From the NCBI GenBank assembly GCA_964187785.1, contig OZ076414.1:12090001-12154000 (forward strand): a DNA stretch of 64,000 nucleotides, given 5' to 3'. Position numbers and translations under genes: made by a program. Of this stretch, positions 12,900 through 24,203 are shown in pieces. Within the stretch, counting starts at the first letter, position 1, and the number at the start of each line of letters is the position of its first letter. This DNA comes from Amphiscolops sp. MND2022. Lineage: Eukaryota. The notes beneath the pieces were generated by a model that ran no database searches, had not been told where the DNA came from, and saw nothing but the letters and a program-made list of their open reading frames with translations.

Positions 12900-13785
12900 G
12901 TAGTAGTTATAGGCGGGTATGGTAGAGCAATAACATTGGGAGGAGTTGGTGCGGAAAGAGTATATAAGATTTTCGTTTCTCGAACCCAGCAATTTAGTTT
13001 CAGAAAAACCGAATTACTTTGATTACGGTTCCAAAGAAACCCAAACCTAAAGCGGAAAGGAGAGTAACTCGTTTTTTTGAAAAAAAACTTTCCTTCAATA
13101 AACGATAAAGCTAACGGAGTGTGTTGAATTGGAATTGGAAGAAGCGCGGAAAAGTTTATTCCACATTGAGTCCACATATATCCACATTAATCCACATATA
13201 ATATGGATAACTGAAAAGTGTTAATGAAGGTATTAGCAAACCATTCAGGGGTTAAAAAAGGAGTAAGAATGAACATCATTGAGTCCAATTCTAAACGATT
13301 TGTAAGGATTGCCGGAAAGAATTCAGAGAGTTTTTTACTCATACCTTCATAGCTGATTGCTTCACCAAGGAGTTGTAAGGTTTTGTCGGAGAGTTCGCAA
13401 AGAGAATTGGATTCCAAAAATGTTTAGGTTCTTTTGTGAATTGATGCCTGCATCTTGGTCATTAAAGGTGTTTGGGGTAAAAGCAGTTTGAACTTGTGCA
13501 GGTTCAAATTGTTTTGGAGGGCCCTTTTCAATGGGTTGTGGAGTTAAATGTATTGGTACTAAAAGTATTGATTGGTATCAGGATCGAGAGCGATAACATT
13601 TTTAGGTTTATTTCCACAAGGTATTCGATTGGCATCTTCAGAGGTTTGGCGAGTAGTAGGGTCAACATACATAACAGTTCCGAAATAGTTAACAAGGATT
13701 TTATCAAAACATTGTCCAGCGATATTTAAAGGAGAAAGGTGGTGTGTGCAATCATGAAACGAGGCTGTTGGGCCTTGAACATTTT
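12900..13785 (-). pseudogene. env: env C-terminal part with membrane-proximal/TM region
   Basis: VQGPTASFHDCTHHLSPLNIAGQCFDKILVNYFGTVMYVDPTTRQT...IPCGNKPKNVIALDPD...TLQLLGEAISYE...LTPFLTPEWFANTF, then a hydrophobic stretch (TQCGINFSALL). Confidence 0.8.
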
Positions 13786-14342
13786 AAACAAGCCGGGACC
13801 GGCCCAAGTCGGCGCCATATCCAAGGCTCAAAAATAGCAAAAAGACTTCCAAGTGTCAAGTATTCTTTTACAGTACTTGAAAATCGAAAATTTTTCGAAA
13901 ATTTTTTTTTGAAAAAATTACATACTAAAAAATGGACCGAGTGGCGCGCCGGGGCTCGCTAGCGCGAGCCCCTGGCGCGCTAAAGTCTCACAATGCCGAA
14001 AAACTGAAAGGGGGGAAACAAGGATTTTATCAAAACATTGTCCAGCGATATTTAAAGGAGAAAGGTGGTGTGTGCAATCATGAAACGAGGCTGTTGGGCC
14101 TTGAACATTTTAAACAAGCCGGGACCGGCCCAAGTCGGCGCCATATCCAAGGCTCAAAAATAGCAAAAAGACTTCCAAGTGTCAAGTATTCTTTTACAGT
14201 ACTTGAAAATCGAAAATTTTTCGAAAAATTTTTTTTGAAAAAATTACATACTAAAAAATGGACCGAGTGGCGCGCCGGGGCTCGCTAGCGCGAGCCCCTG
14301 GCGCGCTAAAGTCTCACAATGCCGAAAAACTGAAAGGGGGGA
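13691..14342. repeat. Near-perfect 326-bp tandem duplication spanning the env/HINE junction
   Basis: 13691-14016 repeated at 14017-14342 (e.g. ATGGACCGAG at 13932 and 14258). Confidence 0.95.
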
Positions 14343-14795
14343 CCTTTGAGGTTTTTCAACATCCATTCTGTCGCAAAACATGAAAAAATTGAAGAAATTT
14401 TTTTTTCATTTTCGGGAAAAAAAATCTCACAATGCCGAAAAAAACTGAAAGGGGGGACCCTTTGAGGTTTTTCAACATCCATTCTGTCGCAAAACATCAA
14501 AAAAATGCAGGGGGGACCCTTTTGGGGAAAAAAATTTCGAAAAAAAAATTCCGAAAAAAATGTCTCGCAGTGCCGAAAAAAATTGGAAGGGGGGACTCTT
14601 CGGTCTCGCCCGGTTTGGTATGTAACGCGGAAAAACAGGTAAAACCATTTTGGTTCAGTTCGCTAGACCAAATAGTGCATTTTGGTGCAATAATATTTTG
14701 TAGAACTTTTGTAGAACTATTTTGGTCAGTTCGTGTGGATAGAAAAAAAGAGTCACTATAATAGTCGCGTTTCACTTCATGAAGCGCCGACTAAA
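13788..14795 (-). mobile_element. Non-autonomous Helentron-associated (HINE/DINE-1-like) element inserted in env
   Basis: Subterminal inverted repeats AGTCGGCGC (13807-13815) / GCGCCGACT (14784-14792); partial inverted repeat beside one subTIR (14762-14792); terminal hairpin GCCGG-GA-CCGGC (13792-13803); central ~120-bp repeats; inserted in a T-run, with env resuming on both sides and no TSD. Confidence 0.75.
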
Positions 14796-16450
14796 AATTT
14801 TTACGGTGTTTTTGTGTGGAGGAAACCAGCTACTTATGGATTTTCACAGACATTGCAAGAATAATTAGGAATTGAGTGCGTTCAACTCCACTAATTGTGT
14901 TAAGTTCAATAAATGACTTGGTCTTGAAAACATGATTGATGGAGTAATCAATGTAATCAATTTTAGTAGTATGGTGGGCTTCGTATTCAATAGTAGCGAA
15001 ATTATTGGAGGAAATCAGCGCAGGAAAGTGGAGTTCATTTTGAGTGTTAACTAGTTTACCAGGCATTAGTGGAGTAGAGACTCTGTCATATTGTTCATCT
15101 TCAGGTAATTGAAGGGCATTACACTGAACAGTGTGCTTTTCAAAACCCTTAAAGGCGATAAAGAGATCAGGGTATTGAGTAGTATTTAAAGGTGTGGGAT
15201 TGTCACATAGAATATTACGTTCAGGGAAATATTCAAAACAAGAAAGACGGGATTGAAATTCGAAATATCATAACATTGTTCTGAAAAATATAGAGGAGGG
15301 AGGAGTTTGGGGCAATAATAAAGTCAGGCAGTCGAGCCTTCAACCTAGAGAAAGTTACTACGAAATTGAGTTTGGAGAAATGTTTCTATGGCAAAACTGT
15401 TTGAAGAGTTCAAAGCAGGAAAAAAGAGTTTAATTAGATTTTTGATTAAGTTTCCGGAGTTGTGTGGAGATGCGGTCTTATTGTTCATCCTCAGATAACT
15501 GATCACAGTTTCGTTGAACAGTGTGCATGTTAAAACATTCGTTATGATGAAAAAGAGATCAGGATAATGAGTTTGTTTTGTATAAAGGGGCGGGTTTATT
15601 GCAAAACATTTTATTTTCCGGGAAAATTTTGAGTTTCGGAGTCTTGTTAAGGTGTTTCAGGGGGCGGGTTAGATTTAGTTTGATTTAACAAGTGTTCTGT
15701 TTCAAGCCAATAGCGATTATTGATTTTAGATATTCGTCCAATAAAGGAGTGGTTGGAAAATATAAGACTTAAGTCTTTTTGAAAGCAAACAACGGTGAAG
15801 AATGGTAACATTGTTGGTTTGTTAAAATCATCGTCGTGGAGACAAGGTAAAGTATGTTCAATGTAATTGAGTTTGTTTTCTTTATAATAATATGTTATTC
15901 CAATTTCTTGAGGATCTAATGCTTTAGGAACCACTGTCCAGAGTGGAGTTTGATTTTGTAATCCAAACAAAAGCACCATTATGAAACATGTTGTGTTTAG
16001 TGACTCTCCAGAGAGAACTGTTTAGATGCAAGGATGCGTTGGTTATGATTATCGTCAAAAAAGTCAAGGAGCCACTATAATCAAAGGCGTTAAGTTGATG
16101 ATTAATTGTACTATTGATGTGACGAATAGCATGTTTACTTTCTCTCATGTCTCAAGTTCGAGGATTTCTCGTAGTATTTTGTCAACAAACTTTTCTTCGC
16201 GTTTTAGGTATGATTCGCAATGCAAATCTTGAGACGTTTTGCTTTGGCACGTACAAAAATGTTAGCAAGAACACGAGTGTTTTCTAAAGAACAAGGGGCT
16301 TTAGCCCACAATTGTACTCTAGTTCAGCAAAATTAGCGGAGGTTGTTTTGTTTTGAGCAATCATAGTGAGCAACAAGAAAGTGAGAAACATGTGGGTCAC
16401 CAAGATTTCAATTGATTGTGATGAAAGAATGTGGTAATGACTTGAATTTG
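14796..16450 (-). pseudogene. env: env N-terminal and central part (class III-like)
   Basis: VAHYDCSKQNNLR (~16365), IEHTLPCLHDDDFNKPT...FIGRISKINNRYWLET, FATIEYEAHHTTKIDY...VERTQFLIILAMSV..NP.VAGFL. Confidence 0.85.
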
Positions 16451-17342
16451 ACAGTCAATTAGATGGAATTGGATGTGGAGTTAAGTTTTGAAATTCAACA
16501 GTGATTTCAAAGTTGAAGATTCTTAGTTTCTAATCTATGAAGATCTTTTCGAGAAATTCATCTGAAATAGTATGGTTAGATTTTAATTTATGACTGGCTA
16601 GATTTCAAAAGAATTGCTGATTTCAACGAGGATGAGTGATAAGAGTCTTGGCAATAAAAAGAGCATAGTCAACGTGATTTGTTGTAGGAGAGTCGAGTGG
16701 TTATCAGTATTCAGAGAAAGGTTTCAAAAGCTGCTCTCGGAACGGAAAACCAGCTATGATTTCGAGAGGGGGCGCAAGGAAAATTATGTCTCATGATATT
16801 GTAGGGTGAAAAACGTTGCGAAAAAGCGGTATCTACACCTGAGGTGGTATTGCTATCTTGAGTATTTTACAAGTTGAATTTGCGAAGGATAGGGTTGCTT
16901 TTCTCTTTGATCTAAGATTATATATACGATGTAAAGGGTGAAGTATGCTATTTTCAGAGAGAATCTAAGAGCTTATCTAATGAGGTGGTAGTATGGTTTG
17001 AAGCTGAGGTAGATGGATGAGATGGTTGAGATGCGTGGGTATAGAAGATACATTTTCACTTAGGGATGCCGTGTAGTAATTGATTCGAAAGGTTCAAGAA
17101 CAGGGATGGTCGAGGTTTTAGGACCATGTTTGATTATAGATCAAGTGGTTAATTAATAGTTCTTAAGATGTTAGGGTCAATATCACTGGGATCAAGAATA
17201 TGATTGGGAGTAGGAGGGCGAGAGTTAGTTGGAGTAATATCAAAAGGTTTTTTTAAATCAAATTCACTATGAGAGAGGGGATTGGTTGAATTATTCAAAC
17301 AATATTGCCCACCAGGAATTGTTATAGGAATATTTATCTAGT

Positions 17343-17712
17343 AGTTTGTCCTTTCGGACCTTAGTCAGTCTGTACAAAACACTAATCCTCCCTCAAGTTC
17401 TTTACTGCGCTCCTGTATGGACACTGGCTAACTACACCAGACTTAACGTTTTCCAAGGTTTCATGTTACGCAACATCATGGAGACAACTCAAAATCCGAA
17501 ACCCAAAGCTGCGGAAGTCCTTCTCGGGCCACCACCAATCAACATATTATGTGGAAACATATCCACCAAGTTCATGACTGAAGCACTCGCATCAACAGAC
17601 AAACTGCAACGATTGATACTGGAGGACCAGCAACGCCTCAAGTTTGTAACAACCCACTGTAACTGTTTGAAGCATTTTTACAACAATAGGAACCTTCTGA
17701 CTGACCCTCTGA
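17343..17712 (+). mobile_element. Non-LTR retrotransposon (LINE) fragment, post-RT region
   Basis: SLYKTLILPQVLYCAPVW...RLNVFQGFMLRNI...EVLLGPPPI matches the LYKxLxxPxLxYxxxVW / LxxxQxxxLR / LGxPPL pattern downstream of LINE RT; opposite strand to the host element; no poly(A). Confidence 0.8.
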
Positions 17713-19870
17713 GGTACAGAAATACAAAACCAAAAAGAAGCAACGGTGTCTAAAAGAAATAGAAGTTCTAGTTCAGAAGGTGATGTATGAGGTTAACAAA
17801 CCATATAGAGACAGCATTGGCATTAGCTCGAGGTTCGGATTGAAAAAGATTGGACGAATCATGAGGAGTAGGAATTCAAGAAAACTTTGGTTGAAACAAA
17901 TTATTTTGAAAAGTCGATTCACATGAGGATTGTTTATCTGAAAATGAGCGAGAACGTTGATTTGAATAATTAGTAGTTCTTTAACGTGGTTTAGAAGGTG
18001 GGCGATATGATGATCTCTATCATCTAAAAGAAGATCAGTTAGAGGAGCGTTCATGAGAGCGTGGAAAATATTTGTGAGGACTATGAGAAGATTTATACTT
18101 AAAGTATGTGTGTGAACTTTGATTTTTACGTGAAGGAAATTTGTTGTAAAGATCACAACGAGAGCTAATTCTATCTGAAATTGTGGAGTGATAATGTAGT
18201 TTGATTTAATTGTTCTATCTATGACGGGAGTTAGAACGTGGTGGTGAGCGAGAGCATTATCGGTAGTCCAAGAGGAGTTACGGCCAGGTAAAGAGAGGAG
18301 TAAGTATTTGATTTATTGTTCGGGGTTCTGCAAAGCTGATAGAATGCTGGTAGGTGATTTAGTTTGAAGTGTAGATTCTCTAAGCATATTTAGACGACAA
18401 TAGCAAGTAGATACTAAGTGATTGTTCTTATGGAAAAAAGAAAATTTTTTAAACAGGGGTTTAGATTTTTTACGAATGAGAATTTTGTAGATTCCTTTGC
18501 AGATTAAGATTGGGAATTTTCAACCATGGAGGCGTTTGTTTGTAGTGTTTCGGAGAGATTGTTAATTTCAAAAGAAAGTTCTTCATTTTTGATTTTTTTT
18601 GAGTATGATGTCTTCAGAGTCGCCCAATAAAAAAATAACATGTGAATGAATGGAATCGAAGGTTCAACTGAGCTTGAGACATGTTCAACTTGACGCTTTT
18701 CAGCGAAATCTTTTAATTTCATAGGGAGTCCATGATGGAAACCTTCATTACAAACAAGATAAATAGCGGATGGTTTTCATTGTACCATCCTTGTTTAACA
18801 AGGGTTTCAACCTTTAAAGCGTAGCGGCGTATATTTTCGTTATCTTTCAACACGTGAGAATCCTTCAAGTTGAAGATGACAAATATGTTTTTGAAACTTT
18901 TTTTTTGAAAATTTGGTGGAAAGAAGAGGCAAACGATCATACTAAATTGAGGCAGTTCCTGTAAGGGAACAAGAGAGGAGTAACATACGTCTGGGGTACC
19001 ACGTTGAACATGATTGAAAACAAGATGTTCGGGTTGAGCTAGAAAATTTTCAGGAGGATAGGTATCCTCCAAGGCATCAAAAACAGGATCGCAGAGTGCA
19101 GCAAAAAGAGCTGAAGGAGTCAATTGTAATAAAGGTTGAGTAGAATTTGGAGGATTTTGAGGTGAGAGTATGTGGAAGAGTTAGCTGGAAGAACATTGGG
19201 TGGTAAATGATAGTGCTACGTAATGGTTAGAGTTTGAGAGGAAAAAAAATAGAAATATGTTGAGGAGGAAGGATACGTGTATGCTTAATTGAGGTTTATC
19301 TAAAATAAGTGTTAGATGGGGGTGAACAGATATGGAGTTATCCTTGAGAAGCAATGAGTATGTATCAAGAATGTGGAAAAGAGGAAAAAGATGGTTGGTG
19401 AGGTTGAAAAAGGAGAGTGAAATGATGTTGGGGTGAAAAAAGAGTGGATAGGGAAAATCGTGTAATAAGAGAGTGTCGATACGCTCCTGGGTACGAGAGC
19501 CCGAAGCCCTCTGAGTGTTTGCTTCGTCTAACCGAGGGGTTACTCGTTGGGTCAATGTTGCAAGTAAGGCTTTATTCACACTCAACTCCGGTTGTAAGAG
19601 AGTAATCTGACGGTTTTCGTCTGCTTCTGGATCGACGTTTGTTTCGTTGAGGTAGTATTCAGATGAGTCAGAATCAGAGTTCTGAGCGTTATCTTGTTCT
19701 GTATTCATTTTGCGGCGAGTTTTAGACAATTGTATTTTTTTCGAACATATTCGATAACTGTCCTGTGACGAAAAGTTCGTGGTAAAGTTAAACACTATAT
19801 GATTGAAGGTTTTAGGGATAAATTGAAGTTTTATATGCCTGGAATAAGTAAATCTATGTGTTTTTGTCAA
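17713..19870 (-). pseudogene. gag: gag and start of aspartic protease of copy A2
   Basis: ORFs 19870-19181, 19123-18719 (NENIRRYALKVETLVKQGW), 18722-18504 (KLKDFAEKRQV), an SR-rich tail, then LFLLDTVAS (degenerate DTGA, 17750-17736). Confidence 0.8.
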
Positions 19871-21105
19871 TTAAATCCCTCACTTATTTAGGTATGATAG
19901 TCAATCGTCAAATCATTGTCAACATTTTACAAACAAACTGATAATACGGAAATTATAACACCTTTAATGAATAACGGAACTATTGCGCAACATACATTAA
20001 GGCAGGTGGTGAAGTTCACCCTCGAACTGGCAGCAACAAACATTATTTGTCTGGCAAAACATCAGAAACGATTATCACAGATATCTATCAATTGGTTTTG
20101 GGTTGAATGACGACACAACGACGTCAAACAACATTATTGGATCAGTTATAAAAGTCGAGTGTAAAGATACAGACGTATGGAAATATTCTTTGGTAATGTA
20201 AAAACACACATATTTCACGTCTTTGTAATTATAAGCTGTGACTTTCAAACATGCATTCTAGGAAAATCCTTCTGTCTGTAAAACAAGCTTGAATGACTTT
20301 ACAATCCCTTCGAATGCTTTTAATCCTCGGTAGCTCAACCTAGAGGTAGGATTGAGTCTTCCTGGTTTCCAGGGTGACAGCGTTACAGTTTTAAACTACT
20401 TTTCTCTCAAGTTTCTTTACATAAAACGGTCCTTCCCTTCAAATTAAATACCGCGCGAGTACTTATTTTTATAAATGTGTGACTTAGTGCTTAGATGTTG
20501 TACTGGCAAGGTTGTTGAGCTGCCTAGTTTGACGAAAGAAACTCAGCTAGCTGCCATAATAGTGACGTAGTGCTGACGTCACAGCCGTGACTATATTAGT
20601 TTACTTAACGACTTGTATTCGTCTAATTTCGCATTAAATGTTTTTCAAAGGGCAATTGAGGTGCCTTATCTCAGAAAGGCTTAATTTCTCTCACGTGCGT
20701 CTCAAATTTTTTTCTGTTGCTCAGATCAGTGTATGCTCTTAATTTATGACCAAATAAAACCTTAATTTCTACTTAGATTAGCTTAGATCTTAATCTAAAG
20801 ATTAGTTTTAATCCAGATTTGACCTGCAAAATGTGCGTAATTTGACGTGGTTTAAACGTCTCACCGAATATGCGTGAAATCATTTCAGTCAGTTCAAGTT
20901 TGGTGTTCTGTTTCATTTTTAGATCTGTTCAAGAATATGCATATGTTTCTTACTTATTTGTTTACGTTTTTGTTCGGAAAGTTTGTTTGAAAATTTGAAA
21001 CCCACTTCGGGAACCTTGAGCTGCATCCGTCACTTCTTCCAATTGCTACTCTTGCGCACCCACAAGCCAGACCGGGCGCGGATGTAAAAGCACTTGCAAT
21101 TTCAG

Positions 21106-21312
21106 GCAAAAGAATGGAAGGCATTCAGGTGTTCATTTGCCGGTTCCCTTGGAACAAATGTTGGCCTTGTGGAGTGGCTGCCGAAACAGATCCTGAAAAA
21201 TGGGCTTCTGTCTACTGCACAGGGGGTTGGGTGGAAGGAAACCAAATTAAGATGGCTCATTCTTATGATGTTCTTCAATTCTGTGAAATTCAAGTTTTCG
21301 GAACTGAGTTGA
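21106..21312 (+). CDS. Probable internal exon of a host gene, C-terminal half of an F-type lectin (FTP/fucolectin-like) domain
   Basis: Acceptor ttgcaatttcAG ends at 21105, donor GTAAGT starts at 21313; 207 nt, phase 1-1, stop-free; KRMEGIQVFI...CG...VYCTGGWVEGNQI...LQFCEIQVFG fits RLxGxxIxIG...C...FxCxGMxGRYV...LxLCEVxVxG. Confidence 0.7.
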   Translation, partial: AKEWKAFRCSFAGSLGTNVGLVEWLPKQILKNGLLSTAQGVGWKETKLRWLILMMFFNSVKFKFSELS

Positions 21313-21849
21313 GTAAGTCATCATTTTTTTCTTTCCACGGAAATCGGAGCAGCACCACCTGGAGTCCTGCTCGATGTTCGAAAAGAGCAAACTACGTTTG
21401 AAAAAAAATCAATTTATCGAAATACAATAAATTAAAAATGTAAAAATGCAATATCAGATTTTTATAATTACCTCAAAAATTAAAACCACGATTCTCGATT
21501 CTCCGATCCAAATCCGCTTGTATATTCGTTTTCAAGGTAAAGCGCAATATATTCGGAATCTATGGATTGTCTTCTATAATATCGGGGTGTCACTACTGAT
21601 TTTGGATACCTGACAAGGTGCAAGGACACGCTCCATAACTCACGTTTTGTGAGGTAGTTTCGAAATCAATTTTTGGTCCCCAAGCTGGTTGACGCCCCGG
21701 TTCGTTGATTCTCGTCCACGGAGAACGAAAGAGAACAATCATATCTAGGTTGTCATCATCCGGGTATCAGCACTGTCTTCGTTTCACAAGAAACATCTTT
21801 TACAGTCAGGTAATCGAGGAGCCTAAAACGCCAACCAAGGGGAAGTTTG

Positions 21850-24200
21850 CGTGATTTCTCTTTCTGATCATTGCCGTCACGCTAGCTTATAACCAGTAGG
21901 CCGGCTGAATTAAAGCTCGTGCTGGCAAGTGTTTTGCCTCCTGATTCGTCTTTGTGTTTCTATTCCGTATCGCGATTAGGTTCGGCTCCCAGCCCAACTT
22001 CTTTTCTGTGTTTCGGCAAGACGCCGTAAGTGGGAAGAAATTTTTTCCCCAACAGGAAGTCTTCTGCTCACACAAGGTTGGCAATGACTATAAAGTTGGA
22101 CCCTAATGTGTCGCCTCCTAGTTGAAGGCTTACAATTTCGACAAGATCATATTATTGGTGGATTTACCATTGGCTGCACAGATGGCGATGTCAAATAGGA
22201 GGAGACTGTGCAGTCGCAATTCTCCGATATGAAAGAAGGGAGAGACTTGATACACTAGAACACGTGTCTATCCAACACTGTAGCGGTATTGGTTCTTGGG
22301 TCGTGTCGTGTGTGTTCCAAAAGGAAACCATCATTGAAGCCGTTCGTGAACTCTCGCTTAAGCCATAGTGTTTTGGACAAATGTTGTAACACCTCAGTTC
22401 TGGTAGTCCATGATACAAGCCTCGTGGGAAGTGTCCTTCTAGGACTACTATCGCGCCAATTTTCGATTTGGTCAGAATACATGAACTGGTGCTATTGTCT
22501 TTACCTATTGAACTGCTGCCAACTTCGTCTCATCTGCATAACATGTGGGAGAGGCCTTGACGCTATTGCATAATTTGCGTTTCGTCAGAGCTAATGTCAG
22601 GTTGGGTCGTTGCTGTTATTCTGTTGACAGCAGCAAATGAGTTTAAATCAGTGTTTCCGTGCAGCCTAAACCAACGTCATCAATTGTTTTTCCCACTAAG
22701 TCACCATGAACGGGCACCGGAACTGTTAGCACACGAATTTAATAGCCCGAATCAATTGGTTCCGAAGGAGCTATGATATGTTGCCGCCCATATCGTCTCG
22801 CGGTCTAGTGTGGTGTGCATTCTGATGCAGAGTGTTCTAGCGGGCCGCAATTTGTGCAGAGTGGTATAGTTCCTGTACATATAGTGAAGCTGGAGTTACG
22901 TTGTCGTTGTCAATACCGCCGCGTGATTAGAGGGAATCGGGCAAAGAGAGCCTTGGATTCGTATCACACGAATTCACCTTGTTGCTGGGTTTCTTTGTAT
23001 GTAAGTATGCCTATGTATGTTTCTTTGTTCTGATTTTCAACTGGCAACCAGCTGTGAAGATTGACTGTTGAGGTTGTTGGTGACAATAAACCAGCTCTTG
23101 CTGCTGGGCTGTTTGCTGTAGGTGTGTTGTGACCTGATTTGATTTACTGAGTGGATGTACTGATAATTGCGGAAATCGTTGTTGATTATATTGGTCAGTG
23201 CGGTGCAGCTGCGCTGGCGCAACTACTCTTGTACTGTGAATCGCAGTCAAGCCACATTGAGGGTTCCTCTGGTGTCCATACATCAGTCCAACGTTGTGTT
23301 CAAAAGAGAGGACAGTATGTGTGACATTTTTCATAACCGCATACCTTCGATCTGTTACTCCTTTATTTGGAGAGCCTTGAGTGTGGACAACTTCGGGTGC
23401 ATCAAAACATTGCATGTAGTTATCGTCGCAAGCTTGCTTCATCGTCCGGAAAATTTGCTTTATGTGATTTTTTTCTACACCCAGTACCAAAGCTTCTTGC
23501 TAAGAGGGTTTACACTTTTTCGTCAGTGTCTTGCTCTGCCTCGGATCCGTTAGTGATATAAGCTGAAGCCACGTTCTGTAAGAGTTCAACGATGGCCAGT
23601 GCTCCGACCAACGAACTTCAATAAAACGTTTCATTAACATTATCGACCCATCAAGGATTTCTATCGTTCCACACGGGTTCCTGAATTATGTCCAAGTTAT
23701 TGCAATCACAGTTTTTGTAAGCTTTTATTGTGGCCAAAAAGCTACGGGTATGGGTATTTTGCTACTGAACGAGAAGACTGGGTTCATTGCTTTTGGACAA
23801 TTCATTCGAAAGTATCAGTCTGATATTCCTTGGACTGCCGGGATATTCCCAATTGGACTGCCGGGTATAGTACAATAACTCCCAGTTATTGAGCCAACAG
23901 ACGAAAAAGGGTTGGCGGATTGATCCCTCATATGATCGGTTTTAATGTCTCGGAGCTAAAAGACAGTTCGTATCTCCAGTGGAGAGTCTTGCATGGATTT
24001 GGACTGAGCCCCTATATACTTTACTTCATCGTAAGCATTATTCTCTCATGCGACGGTCAGCATCTTCCGTACAGCAATGCTTCACGTCAGACGGTCCTTT
24101 TCCTACATTAGTGAAGGTATCCTAGCTATGCTATGATGTTTAAATTTTTCGGCGGTGAATCAGATCGGGGATGGAAGCTATCAAAAACTCCAAGTTCCCT
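21850..24200 (-). pseudogene. Highly decayed env-like glycoprotein remnant of a different lineage
   Basis: Cys-containing peptides in the same order as family A env landmarks: WNDRNP.W, NVASAYITNG, KQACDDNYMQC, HQRNPQCGLTAIHST, CYNICPKHYG, GFLLEHTR; many stops; spacing only partly matches. Confidence 0.45.
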
Positions 24201-24203
24201 GAA

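Larger units (their letters stand above)
8215..20150 (-). mobile_element. Ty3/Gypsy env-bearing family A, copy A2 (pol core deleted; HINE and LINE insertions)
   Basis: On the minus strand: gag (19870-17770), protease start, LINE patch, S/T/P tail, env (16450-12900, split by a HINE), post-env ORFs (12850-8500), LTR (~8480-8215). 5' LTR not identified. Confidence 0.85.

Noticed and set aside
13932-14288. 118-aa ORF and its twin at 13744-13962
   Set aside because: Artefact of the 326-bp duplication reading antisense env plus HINE sequence.
20300-20940. LTR/promoter-like segment with TGACGTCA (20574-20581)
   Set aside because: No second copy, TG...CA boundary, PBS or PPT in the window; it does not match the 8215-8480 LTR.
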